Both the position numbers and the translations under genes were made by a program. Below are positions 55,750 to 63,773 of a stretch of 64,000 nt of DNA, piece after piece. Numbering within the stretch: the stretch's first letter is position 1; the number at the start of each line of letters is the position of its first letter. Source of the DNA: a virus; the IMG/VR virus record IMGVR_UViG_3300035704_000001, positions 32,001 to 96,000 of that record, one strand, 5' to 3'. The notes below the pieces were generated by a model, which made no database searches, was not told the origin of the DNA, and was given only the letters and a program-made list of their open reading frames with translations.

Positions 55750-56187
55750 ATGGCCGACTGGACCAAGTTCGACAACCTCTTCACCTGCCCTGCCGCTGTT
55801 ACCGACCAGGACCTGCGGACGGCGTACGAGGAGCTGTATACCGCGGCCAAGCGCGAGTGCGAGGGCCTGGACCTGTCCTCGGCCCAGATCATGCGCACGA
55901 GCGTGATGCTCGGCTGGTACTTCAAGCACCAGCAGACCTCGCGGGTGGCCTACGGCGACAAGGCCGGCTACCAGCACCCGGGCCAGGAGAAGGACGCGCT
56001 GCTGGCGTGGGAGTCGATCGCCCGGTCCTGGGACGAGGTGCGGCGCAAGGCGCAGCCGGCCATCGCGGGCGGGCTCACTCCCGAGACGGTGCGGGATATC
56101 TTCGTGCACGTGCTCGGCCAGGTCGATGACGCCGGCCTGCGGGCCCGGCTGCAGGACAGCTTCGTCGAGGCCCTGAGCGCGGCCTGA
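55750..56187 (+). CDS. hypothetical protein
   Basis: high GC3; TGATG coupling to next gene. Confidence 0.6.
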   Translation: MADWTKFDNLFTCPAAVTDQDLRTAYEELYTAAKRECEGLDLSSAQIMRTSVMLGWYFKHQQTSRVAYGDKAGYQHPGQEKDALLAWESIARSWDEVRRKAQPAIAGGLTPETVRDIFVHVLGQVDDAGLRARLQDSFVEALSAA

Positions 56188-57287
56188 TGGTCTCCGCGGT
56201 GGACCTGCTTCAGCAGGTCACGGAAGACGACGAGGCACACGCGCACCTGCACCGCGACTGCCCGTGGTTCCGGCACGTCCACGACGGCGGAGGCGGCGAG
56301 CCCGAGGGCCACTGCCGCCCCGGCGGCCGCGTCGAGTCCGGTGCGCTGGTCAAGTTCTCGGCTGACGGCGTGCTGTGGGAGATGACGCCGCGCACCCCGG
56401 AGGCCTCCACCGTGGTGCAGCCGACCGTCCCGCCGGGCGGGCCCGGGCTCTTCCACATGAAGGGCCGCCACCTCCCGCCCTACGTCGAGCACCTGTATAA
56501 GCACCTGGTCGGCCGGTACGGCAAGCACGGCGCCTACCGGGTGGCGGTCGGGGTGGTCAAGAAGTGGGCCGCGGGGGTCAATCCCGGCGGGTGGGATACC
56601 AAGAGCGGTAAGGGCAAGCGGACTCATCCCGACGTCCGGGCAGCCGCGCAGAAGAACGTGGCCGAGTGGGAGCAGGACAAGGCCGACGCGCACGAGCACC
56701 ACGGCGGCGAGCAGAAGGTGAAGGCGGCCGGCCCCGCCATGACCCCGGGCGCGCAGTCGCAGTACGGGCTGTGGCAGCACCCGGCGCAGTCGGTCAGCCC
56801 GAGCCCGCCGCTGCCGCCGCGCGCCGAGCCGCCCACGCCGGCCGAGATCCGGGTGCTGATGGGCCTGGTGCCGGGCGGGGCCGCGGACGCGAGCCTGAGC
56901 CGCACCGTGCGCAAGTTCCTGGAGACTGCCGCGGTGAAGATGGAGAAGGAATCCCCGCTCGACGCGCTGGCTTCGCTCCGCGGCGCTCAGGCGGCCGTGT
57001 ACGCCGCGCACAAGAAGGACGTCACCGAGGCCCCCCCGTTCCCCTGGAGTGCGCCAGCGCCCGCCCTGGTGCCGCCGGCGGCCCAGTCCTCGGCGACGTC
57101 TGACATGCTCCAGACGCGGACCAGGACGCTGGCCTACCGCAAGCTCGACCAGCAGGTGGCCGCGCTGGCCGACCGGCTCCGGCGCAATTACTTCAACCAG
57201 GTGCCGGGCAACGGGGTCTACGGCGGGCCGAATCAGCCGGCCAGGCTGTCCGCGGTCGAGAAGCTGGTCCGATTGTCCCAGGCGTAG
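56187..57287 (+). CDS. hypothetical protein
   Basis: LPPYVEHL...AVGVVKKWA...AQKNVAEWE pattern seen in phage head-region proteins. Confidence 0.65.
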   Translation: MVSAVDLLQQVTEDDEAHAHLHRDCPWFRHVHDGGGGEPEGHCRPGGRVESGALVKFSADGVLWEMTPRTPEASTVVQPTVPPGGPGLFHMKGRHLPPYVEHLYKHLVGRYGKHGAYRVAVGVVKKWAAGVNPGGWDTKSGKGKRTHPDVRAAAQKNVAEWEQDKADAHEHHGGEQKVKAAGPAMTPGAQSQYGLWQHPAQSVSPSPPLPPRAEPPTPAEIRVLMGLVPGGAADASLSRTVRKFLETAAVKMEKESPLDALASLRGAQAAVYAAHKKDVTEAPPFPWSAPAPALVPPAAQSSATSDMLQTRTRTLAYRKLDQQVAALADRLRRNYFNQVPGNGVYGGPNQPARLSAVEKLVRLSQA

Positions 57288-57305
57288 AGGACGCCTGGAG
57301 GTGCT

Positions 57306-57959
57306 GTGAGCGCGGTCGACAAGCTGCTGGCCCTGACCGGTAACGGGCCCGAGGTCCCGGACCCGGACACCGAGCTGCTGCGCGCCGCGCAGCAGCAGGC
57401 CCGGGAGCTGGAGGCGCTGGTCTGCCTGGCCTGGGACGACGATGACGACAAGGACGGCGGCGGAGGCGGGGATCATTCCGGGCATTCCACCTACAAGGCC
57501 CTGATCAAGAAGAAGATGGACCCGAAGCGGGCCGCGTCGATGTGCGCCCGGTCGGACAAGAACGTCAAGGCCTCCCAGCTGGCCCGCTCCCTCGTGCTCA
57601 TGCTGTCCGGCGAGCCCGGCCGGGACCTGGTGCTCACCCTGACCGCCGGGGAGCACGAGCGCCGCGCGGCCGCGCAGCACGAGGTGACCCAGGCTGAGGA
57701 GGCGGCCGCCCTGGCGGCCCAGCTGCCCGGGATCACCGTCTCTCCTGCCGGGCTGGAAGAGGTCGCTGAGCTGGCCGCCAAGGCGATGGGCGACGGCGGC
57801 ATCATCATGAACCACGGCCCGTTTACCGGCGAGCACGCGCACGGGCACTTCCAGTCGAACGTGCATGCCCATCCGCACAAGCACTTCGGCGATAACCGCC
57901 ATGACGGCGGACCTCAGCACCGGCCGGGCAGTCAGCCCGGCGGCCGGGCCGGCTGGTAG
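57306..57959 (+). CDS. His-rich hypothetical protein
   Basis: GGAGG RBS; HxHxH repeats at C-terminus. Confidence 0.6.
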   Translation: MSAVDKLLALTGNGPEVPDPDTELLRAAQQQARELEALVCLAWDDDDDKDGGGGGDHSGHSTYKALIKKKMDPKRAASMCARSDKNVKASQLARSLVLMLSGEPGRDLVLTLTAGEHERRAAAQHEVTQAEEAAALAAQLPGITVSPAGLEEVAELAAKAMGDGGIIMNHGPFTGEHAHGHFQSNVHAHPHKHFGDNRHDGGPQHRPGSQPGGRAGW

Positions 57960-57967
57960 GAGACACC

Positions 57968-58135
57968 ATGTTCGCTGTTGTCGGTCTCATCTGCGGCATT
58001 GTCGCCGCGATCCTGAACCTGACCAATCAGCATGTCGGGATCATCACCTGGCTGCTGATCATCGCCGCCATCTGCTTCGGCATCGAGCTGGTCTGGTCCT
58101 GGCACCGCGGCGGTTACTACCACCGCGCCCCGTGA
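57968..58135 (+). CDS. 55-aa two-TM membrane protein (not in ORF track)
   Basis: AGGAG RBS; MFAVVGLICGIVAAILNL...IITWLLIIAAICFGIELVW. Confidence 0.65.
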   Translation: MFAVVGLICGIVAAILNLTNQHVGIITWLLIIAAICFGIELVWSWHRGGYYHRAP

Positions 58136-60087
58136 CCGGGGCAGGCGCCGCGGCCGCGCGGCTCCTGCTGGCAGGTGACTCGGCCGCCTCCTACGGCGAC
58201 CGCCAGTCCGGCTCGATCGCGTTCACCGAGGAGCCGGTGCCGCTGACGGTGTTCGTCCAGGACAAGGGCTACCTGGCCAACCCGCCGCTGTCCCCGGTGC
58301 AGTACGAGGCGGTGCTGCATGCCGAGCGGGTCTATTACCCGTCCGCCTACGAGGTGCTGGCGCAGTCCGCGGACCGCAAGATCCGCGAGTACTGGAAGCA
58401 GACCGTCCGGATGGTCAACTTCCTGGAGCTGGAGTGGGGCAAGGGCGGCGGCAAGGACCACACCTGCCGGATGATCGCCATGCGGGTCTGCTACCTGCTG
58501 CTGTGCCTGCGCAGCCCGCAGGACTACTACGGCATGCCCGCCCAGGACAGCATCCACTGCCTGAACGTGGCCAGTTCCTCCAAGCAGGCCCAGCGCGCGT
58601 TCTTCGCCCCGATGCGGCGCGCGGTGACCCGCCCCGGGAGCTGGTTCCAGCGCCGGTCGGGGGTGGACATCCTGGACTCGGCCGAGCGGCGCAGCGGGCC
58701 GGCCAAGACCACCGCCCTGCTGGACACCATCCGGTTCGAGCACAACATCGAGGCGGTCTCCGGGCACTCCGACGCGGACAGCCAGGAGGGGCTGAACCTC
58801 ATGCTCGGCATCGCGGATGAGGTGGACGCCTTCAAGAGCCGGGCCGAGCTGGCCAAGTCCACCGGCGCCAAGCAGCGCGAGTCATCCAGCTCGGCCGAGT
58901 CCATCCTGGAGATGCTGCGCACATCGGCGTCTACCCGGTTTCCCGAGGTGTATAAAAACGTCCACATCAGCTATCCCAGGTACCTCGGGTCAGTGATCCA
59001 GCAGCAGGTGGCGAGGGGTAAGGCTGATATCGCCGCCAAGGGCGACGCCTCGCACTACTACGTGTCCGGCCCGCTGTGCACCTGGGAGGCCAACCCGCGG
59101 GTGCCCGGCAAGCAGGCCTTCGCCGAGGACTACGAGCGGGACCCGGCCATGGCCGAGGCCAAGTACGAGTGCAAGCCCCGCCGGGCCATCAACCCCTACT
59201 TCAGCAACGAGCAGGCGCTGCGGGACTGCACGTACGAGGCCAGCCAGTATCCCGTCGAGGTGGACTACACCCGCGAGGGCGCCACCTGGAAGCCGGTCTA
59301 TGTCTTCAGCGGCGACTTCTTCCCGGTCAAGGGCGCGCTGTACGCGATGCACGCCGACCTGTCGGTGACCGGTGACCGGGCCGGCGTCACCCTGGCGCAC
59401 GTCAAGCGGTGGCAGGACCACACGGTGACCGCCACCGAGGAGGACGGCATCGAGGTGCAGCTGACCGAGCGGCGGCCGGTGGTCAAGATCGACTTCACCA
59501 TCAGCTACTCGGCCAGCGTGGGCGCGGTGCCGCCGCGGGAGATCCAGATTAGATGGGCCCGGATGCTGGCGCTGGAGCTGCGCCGGCTGGGCTTCCCCAT
59601 CATGCGGTTCACGTTCGACCAGTACCAGAGCAAGGATTCCATGCAGATCCTGGAGTCTCACGGCATCGAGACCGACCGGTTCTCCACCGACGTGAGCGAG
59701 GAAGGCTGGCGGACCCTGCGGGACGTGATGTACGAGGGCCGGCTGGAGATGCCGGCCCGCGAGCTGCTGATCAACGAGCTGCTGGGGCTCTCGCGGCTGC
59801 CGAACGGCAAGATCGATCATCTGGGCGACTCCTCCAAGGACGAGGCCGACAGCCTAGCCGGGGCGGTAGCCGGCGCGCTGGAACTCGGGGGAGCAGAGGA
59901 CCCGTCCGGCAAGCGCGCGTACTTCGGCACGCACAAGTTCTGGGAGCCGGACGGCATAGCCGAGGAGCTGAGCCCGCTCGGGATGCTGCCGGCCCCGGCT
60001 ATGCTCGGCCCCGGCGAGCCGCTGCCCGAGTACCGCGGCGGCATGGAGTACAGCGGCGAGCTGAACTACTGGGGGCCCGAGATATGA
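58132..60087 (+). CDS. terminase large subunit
   Basis: WGKGGGKD Walker A, IADEVD Walker B, HADLSVTGDRAG and KDEADSLAG nuclease motifs. Confidence 0.88.
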   Translation: MTGAGAAAARLLLAGDSAASYGDRQSGSIAFTEEPVPLTVFVQDKGYLANPPLSPVQYEAVLHAERVYYPSAYEVLAQSADRKIREYWKQTVRMVNFLELEWGKGGGKDHTCRMIAMRVCYLLLCLRSPQDYYGMPAQDSIHCLNVASSSKQAQRAFFAPMRRAVTRPGSWFQRRSGVDILDSAERRSGPAKTTALLDTIRFEHNIEAVSGHSDADSQEGLNLMLGIADEVDAFKSRAELAKSTGAKQRESSSSAESILEMLRTSASTRFPEVYKNVHISYPRYLGSVIQQQVARGKADIAAKGDASHYYVSGPLCTWEANPRVPGKQAFAEDYERDPAMAEAKYECKPRRAINPYFSNEQALRDCTYEASQYPVEVDYTREGATWKPVYVFSGDFFPVKGALYAMHADLSVTGDRAGVTLAHVKRWQDHTVTATEEDGIEVQLTERRPVVKIDFTISYSASVGAVPPREIQIRWARMLALELRRLGFPIMRFTFDQYQSKDSMQILESHGIETDRFSTDVSEEGWRTLRDVMYEGRLEMPARELLINELLGLSRLPNGKIDHLGDSSKDEADSLAGAVAGALELGGAEDPSGKRAYFGTHKFWEPDGIAEELSPLGMLPAPAMLGPGEPLPEYRGGMEYSGELNYWGPEI

Positions 60088-60341
60088 CGCAGATGCCGTT
60101 CGAGCGGCTGATGGAGTACGCCGCCAGCCTGACCGAAGAGGACCGGGACAAGGGCATGGGGGAGCTGGCCGCGCGGGTGGACGAGAAAGCCGCGCGGCTG
60201 GCTGATGCCGTCACCGCGGTCCGGGTCCTAGGCGGAGAACGGACCTACGTCGGCCTGGAGATCCGGGCTGACGAGGAACCGGTCGTGCGGAGGGCCCTGG
60301 CCCGGGACCGCGGGACGCCCATGAGCGGCTGCTCAGGCTGA
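60084..60341 (+). CDS. hypothetical protein
   Basis: ATGA coupling. Confidence 0.5.
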   Translation: MTQMPFERLMEYAASLTEEDRDKGMGELAARVDEKAARLADAVTAVRVLGGERTYVGLEIRADEEPVVRRALARDRGTPMSGCSG

Positions 60342-60518
60342 GAGGACCGCCAGTTCCTCGGAAGTGTGCACCTCGTTGTAGTGCGCGGTCAGTACCGCTG
60401 ACGCGGCGCCTTTCCTGCGCTGGTGCACCATCGGGCGGCCGCATACCCTGCAGCGGACGACCGGCAGGTGCCTGGTGTGAACGGCATGGGTTTCGGGGCG
60501 TGTCTTCGTCTGTGCCAC
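60333..60518 (-). CDS. C2H2 Zn-finger-like small protein
   Basis: CRVC...LTAHYNEVH. Confidence 0.5.
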   Translation of the reverse strand: MAQTKTRPETHAVHTRHLPVVRCRVCGRPMVHQRRKGAASAVLTAHYNEVHTSEELAVLSA

Positions 60519-60581
60519 GTGGTCATCGAACCACGGGCAGTGACCGCTGACCAGGCCCAAGAGGAAAGTCCGGAATCCTAC

Positions 60582-60610
60582 TTGACACCGGTCAGGTGCC
60601 CGCGTAGAGT
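60582..60610 (+). promoter_or_regulatory. promoter with operator driving the tRNA array
   Basis: TTGACA-17nt-TAGAGT; TTGAC-accg-GTCAGGT. Confidence 0.78.
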
Positions 60611-60851
60611 GAGACTCACGACGCCAAACCGGTTGTCCGATAAGACGGACAGCGGCAAGATGGAGGACATGATGTTCAGGTCACTAGAGCAGCGATACGG
60701 GTTCAATCACCCGTGCATCACGCTGCCTGCGTGGACCGAAGACGCCATGGGCGCCGAGGCGGGACCTGGATAGGGAACAAAAGCCCAGACAGGAGCCGCC
60801 ACCGGACACCGGGAGGCGGCTCTCAGCTTGTGAGGGACAACTGAATATCGA

Positions 60852-60924
60852 GGGAGCGTGGCACAGCGGCAACTGCAGTGGCCTCCAAAACCACCAACCG
60901 AGGGTTCGAGTCCTTCCGCTCCTG
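60852..60924 (+). tRNA. tRNA-Trp(CCA)
   Basis: cloverleaf; loop CT-CCA-AA. Confidence 0.85.
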
Positions 60925-61081
60925 CGACCATCGTCAACGCGAGAGCCGCGACGGTGCCTGTCACCTGGCAGTACTTGAGAACTCCACAGCGTGAGCATCG
61001 AGCAGGCTAGCCAGCCTGCTCAGTTAGACGTGCTGGGCTGGCCGCAACCGGGACTCCCCGGGGAAGCCAGCCCAGCGCACT

Positions 61082-61154
61082 GGGGCTATAGCGCAGCTGG
61101 TAGCGCACCTCCATGGCATGGAGGGGGTCAGGAGTTCGAATCTCCTTAGCTCCA
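61082..61154 (+). tRNA. tRNA-Ala(GGC)
   Basis: GGGGCTA...TAGCTCCA; CCTCC-at-GGC-at-GGAGG. Confidence 0.93.
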
Positions 61155-61256
61155 CTGGTGCTGCTGACATGTGTAGAGGGCCGTGACGGGTACCTCAGCG
61201 GCGGTTATGCCGAAGGCCGGGTGTCTCCGGCGGCAAATAGGCGGCGGCACCAGCCT

Positions 61257-61329
61257 GGGGCTGAAGCACAACTGGTTGTGCATCGGTGTCGCAAGCCGAC
61301 GGGTGCGGGTTCGAGTCCCGCCAGCTCCA
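61257..61329 (+). tRNA. tRNA-Ala(CGC)
   Basis: GGGGCTG/CAGCTCC; TCGGT-gt-CGC-aa-GCCGA; A at position 8. Confidence 0.85.
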
Positions 61330-61330
61330 C

Positions 61331-61463
61331 TAGCCGGGAGATGCGGGTTCGAATCCCGTCAGCTATGCAGCCGTCGCCTTCAGCAGTGCACCTGGAGGCG
61401 GCCCGCTCGGCCGAGCGGGCAGGCAGCCAGCTGTAGCTCAACTGGCAGAGCCCCGGCGTTAAA
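61331..61463 (+). ncRNA. circularly permuted tRNA-like RNA (YrlA/Y-RNA-like topology)
   Basis: GCCGG, T arm, CAGCT, structured linker, AGCTG, D arm, CCGGC-GTTAAA; outer and acceptor stems are complementary. Confidence 0.7.
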
Positions 61464-61538
61464 CGGGAAGTGGCGCAGCTTGGCTAGCGCGCCGCGTTCG
61501 GGACGCGGAGGTCGTGGGTTCGAATCCCGCCTTCCCGA
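61464..61538 (+). tRNA. tRNA-Pro(CGG)
   Basis: CCGCG-tt-CGG-ga-CGCGG. Confidence 0.93.
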
Positions 61539-61582
61539 CTAGGCCGGCAAGCGGGGCCGAGAGGCCAGCGCACGGCCACCAA

Positions 61583-61658
61583 CGGGCTGTGGCGCAGTTT
61601 GGCTCAGCGCACCTGTCTGGGGGACAGGGGGTCATCGGTTCGAATCCGGTCAGCCCGA
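61583..61658 (+). tRNA. tRNA-Pro(GGG)
   Basis: CCTGT-ct-GGG-gg-ACAGG. Confidence 0.92.
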
Positions 61659-61776
61659 CTAGGCAGGTCCGACGCAGGCGCCGCCTTTAAGCGGTTCGCG
61701 GCGGAAGCGAGGACGCTCGTCTCGTGTGGTACCGGGGTACCGGGTTCCCCGGACGACATGGGTGGCCTGCCTTTCA

Positions 61777-61848
61777 CGGGATGTGGTGTAAGGGTCAGCG
61801 TGCCTGCTTTGGAAGCAGGAGGATGAGGTTCGAGTCCTTGCATCCCGA
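61777..61848 (+). tRNA. tRNA-Pro(TGG)
   Basis: CCTGC-tt-TGG-aa-GCAGG. Confidence 0.9.
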
Positions 61849-61914
61849 CTGAGGGGAGGAACCCCCGGCACGGGTAGCGCGGAGGGGTCCGCGTCCGGCC
61901 GCCTCCCCCGACAT

Positions 61915-61988
61915 GGAGCTGTAGCTCAGTTGGTAAGAGCGCCCGTCTGAAAAGCGGGAGGTCGGTGTGTCGAGTACACCTGGCTCCA
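61915..61988 (+). tRNA. tRNA-Phe(GAA)
   Basis: CCCGT-ct-GAA-aa-GCGGG; atypical T loop GTCGAGT. Confidence 0.85.
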
Positions 61989-62173
61989 CGATGGACTGAC
62001 GTCTGGCGGCAGCCGAAAGGCCGAGCAACCGGGTGACTGATCTGGAGGCCTCCAGTACCCAGTAAGCCGCGCAGCTGCAGCTGCGCGGTATCAGCCCACC
62101 CCGGGACATCCACTCCGGGGCGCGAGGACGACCGGCGGACCCAGGCGTTACTGGGGGCTTGAGCCGGGACCCT

Positions 62174-62246
62174 GCGGACGAGTCCCAACTGGCCGGGTAC
62201 CAGCCCTCCAAGCTGGTTGTTGCGGGTTCGACTCCCGTCGTCCGCT
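62174..62246 (+). tRNA. tRNA-Gly(TCC), C33
   Basis: GCGGACG/CGTCCGC-T; CCAGC-cc-TCC-aa-GCTGG. Confidence 0.8.
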
Positions 62247-62365
62247 CTTAGGATGTGAAGAGGTACGGGCCCGGATGCTACTCCGGGTTGCGTGCAAGCG
62301 GCTGTCGGGTCGCGGCCGGGCGGGGTGGTGAGGCCGACATCTTGCCACCCCGCGCCGGTTTTCAT

Positions 62366-62437
62366 GCTCCGTTAGCTCAGTGGCAGAGCGGTGGGCTCTT
62401 AACCCGCGCGTCCGGGGTCCGATTCCCTGACGGAGCA
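62366..62437 (+). tRNA. tRNA-Lys(CTT)
   Basis: GTGGG-ct-CTT-aa-CCCGC. Confidence 0.88.
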
Positions 62438-62443
62438 CAGCAC

Positions 62444-62516
62444 GGGCGGGTAGGCCAGCGGGAGAGTCAGCCGCCCCAAAAGCGGTAGTGCGCGGGTTCG
62501 AATCCCGCCCCGCCCA
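62444..62516 (+). tRNA. tRNA with CAA anticodon (nominal Leu), short variable arm, C33
   Basis: GGGCGGG/CCCGCCC-A; GCCGC-cc-CAA-aa-GCGGT; 5-nt variable loop. Confidence 0.75.
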
Positions 62517-62614
62517 CGAACGGATGACACGGCCGTCCTGCGAATCCGTGTCCGGTCCCTCCCTGGGGAGGAACAAGGCCGTTACTCCGGGGAGAGCAAA
62601 GACCCCCGGCGCGA

Positions 62615-62686
62615 TGGGGTATGGGGTAACCGGCAGCCCGGCGGACTCTGAATCCGTCAGTCTTGGTTCGAATCCAGGTACCTCAG
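62615..62686 (+). tRNA. tRNA-Gln(CTG)
   Basis: GCGGA-ct-CTG-aa-TCCGT. Confidence 0.92.
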
Positions 62687-63157
62687 CTAGCTGGCCGCCG
62701 GCCAGCTGGACACGTCGTTCACGGCGGTGTGGATCGTGTCGCTCAGCGGGGTCGGCCAGGGCACCGTGGGCAGGATGTAGCCGCGGAGCCGGATGGCGCC
62801 GTAGGCCTCGATCAGCCAGCGCAGGTAGGGCAGCGCCTGGAACTGCATCAGCTGGATCATGTCCGGGCTGGTGTACGGGCCGCCGCCGTCACTGACAGGC
62901 GGGCTGGTGGCTTCCAGCTCGCTGTCGGACGATCCGGTCTCCCCGGTCGAGACGGGCGGGAAGCCCTCGAAGTGCTTCCCGCCGGCGTTGTCGGTGTAGG
63001 CGACGACCCAGATCACGGTGTCACCGGAGCCGGCCAGGGAGGCCACCTCGACGGGGCTCTGGGCCATGTTGAACATGGCCGCGAAGTTGATCCCGTCACC
63101 GGTGTCCGAATTCATGAAGGTGTCGATCTCGGCGTCAGTCGGAGGGGCGGTAGCCAT
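62687..63157 (-). CDS. hypothetical protein inserted antisense in the tRNA array
   Basis: 156 aa, high GC3, TAGGG upstream of ATG; fills the gap between tRNA-Gln and tRNA-Thr. Confidence 0.7.
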   Translation of the reverse strand: MATAPPTDAEIDTFMNSDTGDGINFAAMFNMAQSPVEVASLAGSGDTVIWVVAYTDNAGGKHFEGFPPVSTGETGSSDSELEATSPPVSDGGGPYTSPDMIQLMQFQALPYLRWLIEAYGAIRLRGYILPTVPWPTPLSDTIHTAVNDVSSWPAAS

Positions 63158-63206
63158 GGCCCTACCCTGGCCGGCTTCCGCGCCGCGCGCAATTGCGCGA
63201 GGTCAC

Positions 63207-63279
63207 GCCGGGGTAGCTCAAATGGCAGAGCAGGCGTCTCGTAAACGTCAGGTTGAGGGTTCGATCCCGTCCTCCGGCT
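63207..63279 (+). tRNA. tRNA-Thr(CGT)
   Basis: GGCGT-ct-CGT-aa-ACGTC. Confidence 0.9.
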
Positions 63280-63287
63280 CGATACAC

Positions 63288-63373
63288 GTCCGCGTGGCGG
63301 AATAGGCATACGCGCAGCCTTGAGGTGGCTGTGCTCCTAGCGGAGCGTGAGAGTTCAAGTCTCTCCGCGGACA
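63288..63373 (+). tRNA. tRNA-Leu(GAG)
   Basis: long variable arm; CAGCC-tt-GAG-gt-GGCTG. Confidence 0.92.
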
Positions 63374-63378
63374 CACGG

Positions 63379-63451
63379 TGGGGGTTAGCTCAATAGGCCG
63401 AGCAGCGGTCCTTGGTACCGCGGGATCGGGGTTCGAGTCCCTGGCCCCCAG
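63379..63451 (+). tRNA. tRNA-Gln(TTG), C33
   Basis: GCGGT-cc-TTG-gt-ACCGC. Confidence 0.82.
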
Positions 63452-63697
63452 CAGAATCAATCGCGGGCTGCGTGTCAGGAATCGTCAGGCCGGCGACAGA
63501 TAGCTAGTAGGACCTGCCCTTCGGACCGGCGTCCGCGTGTCTTCGGTAAGGACGCGCCGCCCGGATCGGCACCGGGGAAGGGCTCAAGAGGGGGCGGCGC
63601 GTTCCGGCCTTCTGCCTCGTGCGGACGAGACTGGTCTCTCCCCGTGCAGGTTGTCTCTGGTGGTGGTTAGGCCAGCACCGCCGGACAGGGGCGCAAT

Positions 63698-63771
63698 GCG
63701 GACGTGGCTCAGTCGGTTACGGCGCCACGTTGCCAACGTGGAGATCGCGAGTTCGAATCTCGCCGTCCGCA
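63698..63771 (+). tRNA. tRNA-Gly(GCC)
   Basis: CCACG-tt-GCC-aa-CGTGG. Confidence 0.92.
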
Positions 63772-63773
63772 CT

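Noticed and set aside
55562-55906. ORF starting at a GTG with the -12 GTA element
   Set aside because: Would overlap the 55750 gene by 157 nt and has no in-frame TTA; kept out as uncertain. It is a possible counter-example showing long overlaps can occur without TTA.
62174-62246. Reading tRNA-Gly as a Glu(CTC), Trp(CCA) or suppressor tRNA
   Set aside because: The 5-bp stem fixes a 7-nt loop with TCC at 34-36; the GCG acceptor start and U73 fit Gly. No CTA/TTA/TCA-anticodon suppressor tRNA was seen in the window.
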